Virus record (IMG/VR): IMGVR_UViG_3300000060_000001
From: a virus
DNA: 43,240 nt
Reading direction: 5' to 3' (one strand)
Shown: positions 38,227-43,240 of the stretch, piece after piece
Layout: each line of letters starts with the position of its first letter
How positions within the stretch are numbered: the first letter of the stretch is position 1
The notes under the pieces: model-generated
The model's database searches: none
Told to the model about the DNA's origin: nothing
The model's input: the letters and a program-made list of their open reading frames with translations, nothing else
Position numbers and translations under genes: made by a program

Positions 38227-38266
38227 GCAAAAGAGATTGAGAGCAGGTGACAGCAAAAGAGATTGA
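38227..38266. repeat. Direct repeat GCAAAAGAGATTGA x2 (38227-38240 and 38253-38266)
   Basis: Exact 14-mers 26 bp apart. These are the only A/T-containing islands inside the T-depleted tract. Confidence 0.8.
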
Positions 38267-38536
38267 TACGACCGCGCGCACTCTCCGATACCACAGACAC
38301 GGTGTGACCGTCCCCATACCATAGAGCGCACACAGTACACAGCCATAGGCGCAACGTACGGTACCGCCACGCCACGCACAGCATGAGGCAATGCGATTGC
38401 ATAGCCCATAGCCCAGCGCCCCGCACAGCGCGATACAGAGCGCCTGACACGCTACGCCATCCACGACGGCACAGCAGCACAGCCAGCGGCAGCCCATCGC
38501 GCAATAATGACCGCGCGCGAAGAGCGACGGCAGCCA

Positions 38537-38549
38537 CCCCCTACGGGGG
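38537..38549. other. CCCCC-TAC-GGGGG hairpin near the presumed genome end
   Basis: Perfect 5-bp G/C stem. It is reminiscent of the CCCCCATAGGGGG element that I recall near the T7 left end. Confidence 0.5.
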
Positions 38550-38642
38550 CATCGCGCGGCTTATGGGTCGAGGGACCACCACGCACAATTACCCAATTTT
38601 CAAGCCCTGACTTTTACGCCAAGGCCTGTTCAATGACCTAGG

Positions 38643-39179
38643 TTATAGTGTTTGGCAATACGCGGCGCAGCGCTTGGCGCGCGCTACCAGTGCTGCCCTG
38701 TACTTGACTATGGTAGGCGCAGTGCTGGCATTCAGGAACTCAACGCGTATGTCACAGATGGACTGAGCAAGGGCGCGAGGTTCCATGCGCTTTGATTTTG
38801 CCACGGATAGAGGACCGAGAGCGCCGTCTTGTGCAACCCCGCAGGCCCGCTGTAGAGCTTTAACAGCCCGCTGCACGCCGGAGTTGACGGCGAAGTCGAA
38901 GACAGCGCATGCAACCGCAGGGTGTAGCTCGTCACCACGGATAGGGGCAAAGTAGTCTCGTCTGTAAATTGCTTCTGCTTGCTCTTTGGTGAGAGCTTTG
39001 ACAGGCACACAAATAGTCCCGCCAGTACCAGTAGGGACACCACAAGCATACCCATCCAGCTTGCCATCACGAGCGTCAGAGATACCATGATTAGTTTCGC
39101 CTCCAGTGTCACCGGGCAGCTTGGTGTAGCCACCCTCGGCCAGCCCGGTGAACTTCATACATAATTCAAAATTTGTCAT
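38643..39179 (-). CDS. Endolysin: GH108-type N-acetylmuramidase with a PG_binding_3-like C-terminal domain, 178 aa
   Basis: LAEGGYTKLPGDTGGETNHGIS contains the GH108 EGGY..GG.T..GI pattern. QDGALGPLS is a peptidoglycan-binding motif. There is no N-terminal hydrophobic or SAR segment. Confidence 0.8.
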   Translation of the reverse strand: MTNFELCMKFTGLAEGGYTKLPGDTGGETNHGISDARDGKLDGYACGVPTGTGGTICVPVKALTKEQAEAIYRRDYFAPIRGDELHPAVACAVFDFAVNSGVQRAVKALQRACGVAQDGALGPLSVAKSKRMEPRALAQSICDIRVEFLNASTAPTIVKYRAALVARAKRCAAYCQTL

Positions 39180-39562
39180 TGCATACCCATTAAAGCCTGA
39201 ATGAATGATAGCAGTGAGGTTAAGTCACCCGCTTTGATGGCGAGGTATATACCGCTACACAAGGAGGCCATGAGCAAGCACCACTTGACCACCGCCGCGC
39301 CAGTCTTGACTAACTTGCCAATTGTGCTCATGGTCTTCTGGATGTCCTGTATTTGCTCGACTACTTGAAGCTGCTGCTGTATCTGCTGCCAGCGGTAGTC
39401 ATTCTCCGCTAGCTTGGCCAGCATGGCCGAATCACCTTTCTCAAGGCTACCGATTTGCACATCATGTTTGTCGAGGCGAGATTCTACGGATTGCATACGG
39501 GCCTCCACAGCACCCATACGCGAGTGGATATTAGGAGCTGGCTCCTTCGTCGGTTCCGTCAT
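39176..39562 (-). CDS. Coiled-coil protein with a single C-terminal TM helix. Holin candidate of unusual topology. 128 aa.
   Basis: AAGGTG RBS. TM segment AAVVKWCLLMASLCSGIYLAI. ATGA overlap with the endolysin start. The functional call rests on position only. Confidence 0.4.
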   Translation of the reverse strand: MTEPTKEPAPNIHSRMGAVEARMQSVESRLDKHDVQIGSLEKGDSAMLAKLAENDYRWQQIQQQLQVVEQIQDIQKTMSTIGKLVKTGAAVVKWCLLMASLCSGIYLAIKAGDLTSLLSFIQALMGMQ

Positions 39563-40019
39563 TCTTCACCTTCCGTTTCCACGGTGATGGTACAAACCAC
39601 ATAACCAATCCTACGATTACCGTAAGGCCCATAGCGAAAGACCACAGCAGGCTGCGTGGGTCGCTCTGTGAGACGACAATCTTCTCTGCCTGTACGTTTC
39701 CATTGGTGATTTGTGAACCCTGCTTAGAAGCGTTTACAGAGCCTCCTGTGACGTCCTTAACAGTCGTGCTTCCACTTCCTTGCTTAGCGGTATCCACCTT
39801 CGCGTTACCTGATACATCCCCGACTTCAGTCTTGTCGTCGCTCTTGGCGTTAAGCCCAATACCCTGCTTTGTGTTTTCCTTACCAACCTGCGCCGTAATC
39901 TCCGGCTTATCAGGGTTGATTGCGGAAGATACAGCAGATAGTGCGCTTGTCGCGGAGCAGCCCACCAATGTCAGGGACAAAGATAGGACTGCCCCGGCGA
40001 ATAACCGGGACAGTTTCAT
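39531..40019 (-). CDS. Outer-membrane lipoprotein with a C-terminal TM anchor. Unimolecular spanin (T1 gp11-like) candidate. 162 aa.
   Basis: Signal peptide plus lipobox LSLTLVGC|S. C-terminal TM LLWSFAMGLTVIVGLVMWFV followed by KRKVK. Located in the lysis cassette. Confidence 0.55.
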   Translation of the reverse strand: MKLSRLFAGAVLSLSLTLVGCSATSALSAVSSAINPDKPEITAQVGKENTKQGIGLNAKSDDKTEVGDVSGNAKVDTAKQGSGSTTVKDVTGGSVNASKQGSQITNGNVQAEKIVVSQSDPRSLLWSFAMGLTVIVGLVMWFVPSPWKRKVKNDGTDEGASS

Positions 40020-40028
40020 ATCGACCTC

Positions 40029-40340
40029 TTAGCTCAGGGCAATGGCAGTGATGGCACCGTTTGCGACGGTGAAGGTGACCTTGGTGGCATAGGTGCCAGT
40101 AGGGGTCACACCAGTCAGCTGCTGACCTGTAGATACGATGGTGGTCGTGGTACCAGTGCCGCCGATGGCAGCCAGTGCAGCCTGCACGCGGTTGAGTGCG
40201 GCAGCATACTTGGCCAGCAGCGCGGTGTTACCAGTAGCCAGATAGCCGTCCTCACCGAACTTGTGGCAGATAAGCGCCAGCATGTTGGAAGCAGCTACCA
40301 GTTCAGCACGCTGTGCGGCTGTAGATGTTGAAAGGGCCAT
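40029..40340 (-). CDS. Hypothetical A/T/G-rich protein between the terminase and lysis genes, 103 aa
   Basis: AGGAGAG RBS. ORF track. Confidence 0.65.
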   Translation of the reverse strand: MALSTSTAAQRAELVAASNMLALICHKFGEDGYLATGNTALLAKYAAALNRVQAALAAIGGTGTTTTIVSTGQQLTGVTPTGTYATKVTFTVANGAITAIALS

Positions 40341-40355
40341 AGGCTCTCCTGTGAA

Positions 40356-42119
40356 TTATCGGACACGGCGACGTGTGCCGCGTTGTTGTTTATGGTGACT
40401 GCGCCATTTAGCGTCGTCGTATCCCATAGGGTTCTCTATGAACTCACGCGCAGCAGCGGCTACACGTTTGTTCTGCTCTTCATGCTCATCCTGCTGCAGT
40501 GCTTCCACATGCAGGTATACTGCCGCCGACAGTGTCTCCACTCGGTCGTCGTGTGGGATAGAATCCCGGTCAAGCGTTATGTTCTGCATCTGCCAGAACA
40601 GGCTGTACTCCCTACCACCATTGGCCATGCCACGGCATAGGCGCACATCCTCCTCAAGCACACTCCAGTGCATCACCAAGCGATGTCGTTCAAGTACCGC
40701 ATTGAGGCGGTTAATAACTCGCACCTCTTTCTGCCCGGAGCTGTACACGCCGGAGCAGCCAAGAACCAGCCCCTGACGTCTAATCTCCCCGCGATACATG
40801 TTGACTACGGTCCCGTGCCCCATGTTGTCCTCTATGATGAGGTCGAGCACGCCGAGCTTGTTGCACCACTCTACCGCCGCCTTAATGTTCTCTTCCGTCT
40901 GCCCGCCGTGGTACACGTACATACCAATGACGTGGATATACGGGCCGACAGCAGCTGTGGCAATGATAACTGATTCGTCGTCCCCACCACCAGCAGGGTC
41001 AAGAAACGCCTTGGTATTCGTGAATGGTACATAGGTGTCCGAGAAGTCTGCGGCCATGTACAGCTGAGCGCGTGCCAGCGGGAAATCCAGAGGCAGCTCG
41101 GCTATGTGCCGGGGGTTATTTGACCAATGCAGAATCTCAGGTGCTGAGCCTCCTGCTCCTTGGAACATAATCAGGTCGGATATCTTGAGGCGCTGCTTGA
41201 GCGCATCTGACAGTGACGTATCCAGCATGAACTGCAGCTGGAAGCCAGCCTGCTGGTAGTCTCGTTCGTTCTGCAGCTGCTTCTCTTCCGAGTAGCGCTG
41301 TGGGTCCGTCTGTGCACCGCGATTGCCCAGCAGGCCGTAGCCTGTGCGCAGCTCCGGGTGCCCGTCCATCTTCTGCTTGATGTATGGGGCCAGACAGCCG
41401 CCATACCGCTCTTCCTCTTCCGGCGTAGGGTAGCGCCCCGGCCAGATGCGTACGTCGAAGCCACGCTGAGGCAGCGAGTTGTAGATGGAGTCCTGCGTCT
41501 GCGGTGTACCTAGGTACAGAATCTCTGCACCGTCGTTGGCGATAGCCGCAAACTCTTTGGTCAGTGTGTGGATACGATTTCGGTTCGCCGGGGAGCTACC
41601 ATTGCTGGTAGTCTCCACGTCGTCTGCAATGAGCAGAGAGACGTGGTTACCCTGAAGCTGGCCGAATATACCGACTGCCTTGATGGATGGCTGCTTATCC
41701 GGGATACGGAACGCATGGTGCACGTCAAAGCCGTCAGTAAACGACGTACGTGCACCAGCGCGCGTCTCCGGGCGCAGCCACTCCAGCCTATCCCACTGCA
41801 TGATAGCAGACACTATGGCGTGCGAGATGGTACCCGCATAGTCGTCAGAACCAGACACTACCAGTACGGTAGCGTTGGGTATGACGACGAACTCGTACAG
41901 AGCACGAGCAATGCCGATGGTGGACTTGGCCTCACCGCGCTGTGCCATTACGCACTTGTTCTTCAGTGAGCGCTCGGCCATGTAGCGGCCAATGTCCAGC
42001 TGCATCTCAGTGAGGTCAAAGCCCAGCCATGCGAAGTAGTCGTGCAGGAACAGCGGGAAGTTGTTCTCATAGTGAGCACGAACTATCCCGGCCATCACCA
42101 TTCGGCGTTGCATATCCAT
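40356..42119 (-). CDS. terL: Terminase large subunit (T7 gp19-like), 587 aa
   Basis: Walker-A-like MAQRGEAKST. Size and position. TAATG overlap with the small subunit. Confidence 0.9.
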   Translation of the reverse strand: MDMQRRMVMAGIVRAHYENNFPLFLHDYFAWLGFDLTEMQLDIGRYMAERSLKNKCVMAQRGEAKSTIGIARALYEFVVIPNATVLVVSGSDDYAGTISHAIVSAIMQWDRLEWLRPETRAGARTSFTDGFDVHHAFRIPDKQPSIKAVGIFGQLQGNHVSLLIADDVETTSNGSSPANRNRIHTLTKEFAAIANDGAEILYLGTPQTQDSIYNSLPQRGFDVRIWPGRYPTPEEEERYGGCLAPYIKQKMDGHPELRTGYGLLGNRGAQTDPQRYSEEKQLQNERDYQQAGFQLQFMLDTSLSDALKQRLKISDLIMFQGAGGSAPEILHWSNNPRHIAELPLDFPLARAQLYMAADFSDTYVPFTNTKAFLDPAGGGDDESVIIATAAVGPYIHVIGMYVYHGGQTEENIKAAVEWCNKLGVLDLIIEDNMGHGTVVNMYRGEIRRQGLVLGCSGVYSSGQKEVRVINRLNAVLERHRLVMHWSVLEEDVRLCRGMANGGREYSLFWQMQNITLDRDSIPHDDRVETLSAAVYLHVEALQQDEHEEQNKRVAAAAREFIENPMGYDDAKWRSHHKQQRGTRRRVR

Positions 42120-42424
42120 TAGTGCATCATCCCGCTATCATCGGCAATCTTACTGATTGCTGCATTCAAGATTGACTTGCGCTCTGCTTCCGTGCGCTCG
42201 CCGTTGAGCTGCTCCTGTAAGGCCAGCAAGTCGTCAGCATCACCTTTGTCGGCAGCTATCCCGTTATCCTTCAGGAACTGCCGAAGTACGGATAGCTCAG
42301 CCGCAGGCATCGGCGCAATGATGTTGCCATTGTCATCCTTTTTCATTGATGCGTGCAGCCGCTCTGTCAGGTACTCTACTAACGCCCTGTGCAGGGCGTC
42401 GAGTTCCTTGTTAGTGCCAGCCAT
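42119..42424 (-). CDS. terS: Terminase small subunit (T7 gp18-like), 101 aa
   Basis: Size, position directly upstream of terL, and an AAGGAG RBS. Confidence 0.7.
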   Translation of the reverse strand: MAGTNKELDALHRALVEYLTERLHASMKKDDNGNIIAPMPAAELSVLRQFLKDNGIAADKGDADDLLALQEQLNGERTEAERKSILNAAISKIADDSGMMH

Positions 42425-42433
42425 GATTACTCC

Positions 42434-43240
42434 TTACCGTTCGGCGGTTATCGTGATGAACTCCAGAGAGCCACCGTTGGTCGTCGTGGCAGCAGACGCT
42501 GTAGCGCGGATGTCTACAATCTGGCCTGCGTTAAGGTTACCCAAGTCAGCATGGACGTGTGCAATCGTAGCCGACGGCGAGCTTAGTGTCTTCAGCGTGC
42601 TGTCTACGTACACATCCAGCTGCAGGTTGCCCGATGCAACCCGAAGCGTACCATCCACCGTGACGTCGTTAAGTCCACCCGGTGGCACAGTGAAGCGGCC
42701 TGCTGAGTAGTTGGTATTCCAGCGGTATTGGTCATCCGATACCTGCGGCTGCGTGAAGTTCACGACGCCAGCTGAAGTGCCGATAGCCTGACTGTTGGCG
42801 TTCGTAGCCCGGAACACAATACGACGTGGGAAGTGCAGTATACCGCCGGACACAGCCTGCAGACCTTTCACGAAGTTCTTACCGAAGCCCGCTGGGTCGT
42901 AGTAGACGTGCGTGGTATCAGGAGCCTGAATGTTAGGCTGGTTGCGCACAACGCCGCAGTACATATTGATTTCATCCGTGGTGATGCGCCCGGCGTAAGT
43001 GTTCGCGGATGAGTGCACTGAGATGAATGGGCCATTGTTCTGCGAATGATAGCCGCGCAGCCCACGGAACGTCACGTTAGCGTTATCGCTCAGTGGAGTA
43101 GGGACGCTATCCAAGTTGGCGATTAGGCACAGAGCAGCAGCAGTCTCAACGTGGCAGTCGCTCACCGTCAAGTTACCCCAAGGGTTGCTGTATGCTGCTG
43201 AGGTGATAGGCTCCACAAGCGTAGCAGCACCCGCTATGTT
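42434..43240 (-). CDS. Tailspike, C-terminal part. This is the continuation of 1-1563 across the circular junction. Nt 43136-43240 duplicate nt 1-105.
   Basis: Frame continuity checked: ...SDCHVETAA|ALCLIANLD. The track's internal start (MEPITS) is an artefact of the window edge. Confidence 0.85.
   Translation of the reverse strand, partial: NIAGAATLVEPITSAAYSNPWGNLTVSDCHVETAAALCLIANLDSVPTPLSDNANVTFRGLRGYHSQNNGPFISVHSSANTYAGRITTDEINMYCGVVRNQPNIQAPDTTHVYYDPAGFGKNFVKGLQAVSGGILHFPRRIVFRATNANSQAIGTSAGVVNFTQPQVSDDQYRWNTNYSAGRFTVPPGGLNDVTVDGTLRVASGNLQLDVYVDSTLKTLSSPSATIAHVHADLGNLNAGQIVDIRATASAATTTNGGSLEFITITAER
43136..43240. repeat. End overlap, second copy (identical to nt 1-105)
   Basis: Direct comparison. 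Confidence 0.9.

Larger units (their letters stand above)
37920..38590. other. Strand-asymmetric non-coding terminal region. The plus strand is T-depleted and the gene-sense strand A-depleted. It probably contains the collapsed physical terminal repeat and packaging signals.
   Basis: My per-60-nt counts give 3-11 T. There are almost no TT dinucleotides. Short GTGAC/GTGAG words are reiterated. The position between the last gene and the early promoters is as in T7. Confidence 0.6.

Noticed and set aside
37895-38537. Four overlapping minus-strand ORFs (200, 158, 106 and 85 aa; Cys/Arg/Trp-rich) that together cover all three frames of the terminal tract
   Set aside because: The gene-sense strand is A-depleted here and every stop codon contains A, so long open frames arise automatically in all three frames at once. 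There are no RBSs. The ORFs lie upstream of the early promoters, and the predicted proteins are low-complexity.
37920-38590. A CRISPR-like or satellite repeat array in the terminal tract
   Set aside because: The repeats are only 5-14 nt, irregularly spaced and degenerate. There is no repeat-spacer periodicity and there are no cas genes.
38383-38610. Plus-strand 75-aa Arg-rich ORF in the terminal tract
   Set aside because: There is no RBS, the composition is biased, it lies in the presumed terminal repeat, and no other plus-strand gene exists in the genome.
40356-40380. A hairpin at the 3' end of terL as a terminator
   Set aside because: The stem is short and imperfect (5 + 2 bp), lies inside the coding sequence, and has no following U tract.
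112-43065. All plus-strand ORFs in the track (for example 3529-4392, 11184-12125, 16032-16688, 20274-20921, 21622-22329, 22934-23638, 23641-24537, 24688-25473, 34938-35672)
   Set aside because: Each lies antisense to a minus-strand gene that has recognisable motifs or clear synteny. They lack RBSs and have the Arg/Ser/Leu-rich composition of shadow ORFs in GC-rich DNA. Minus-strand genes are packed with start/stop overlaps, which leaves no room.
1-43240. A lysogeny module, toxin-antitoxin pair or classical defence system
   Set aside because: No integrase, repressor, excisionase, recombinase or recognisable defence gene is present. The gene content is that of a strictly lytic T7-supergroup phage.

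Overview
The window is a complete T7-supergroup podophage genome (Autographiviridae-like) of about 43.1 kb, assembled as a circle. Nt 1-105 are identical to nt 43136-43240, and this overlap lies in frame inside the tailspike gene. It is therefore an assembly closure, not a physical terminal repeat. Every credible gene is on the minus strand. The plus-strand ORFs in the track are antisense shadows. In transcription order (descending coordinates) the genome reads as follows. (1) About 1.15 kb of continuous non-coding terminal/control sequence (38.64-37.48 kb), plus a further 0.56-kb non-coding leader at 36.68-37.24 kb. (2) About 25 small early genes (37.48-29.9 kb). (3) A replication and nucleotide module: primase, DnaB-like helicase, a minimal CCA-adding-type nucleotidyltransferase, an HNH endonuclease, family-A DNA polymerase, 5'-3' exonuclease, endonuclease VII, metallophosphoesterase, HAD phosphatase, and a dNTP-pyrophosphohydrolase-like protein. 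(4) A single-subunit RNA polymerase placed directly before the structural genes, which is the phiKMV-type arrangement rather than the T7-type. (5) Portal, scaffold, capsid, tail tube A/B and three internal virion proteins, with protein B carrying a C-terminal GH24 lysozyme domain. (6) Tailspike, small and large terminase, and the lysis cassette. I saw no integrase, repressor, tRNA or CRISPR array. The host is unknown but Gram-negative features are present. The most unusual signals are these. (a) An rRNA-operon-like early control module: an UP-like tract, a sigma70 promoter, a perfect rrn-type boxA, and a 20-bp long-range duplex that brackets the first ORF. (b) Duplicated promoter-leader modules with 245- and 435-nt structured leaders. 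(c) A 21-nt phage-promoter-like motif family whose fourth copy is inverted and points into a 650-bp strand-asymmetric (T-depleted) terminal region. (d) A tandem array of small acidic paralogs separated by a reiterated hairpin-AATT module. (e) A 185-residue P/Q-rich low-complexity extension on the scaffolding protein. (f) A non-canonical lysis cassette with a unimolecular-spanin-like lipoprotein. All functional calls come from motifs read by eye and from synteny. No database search was run.
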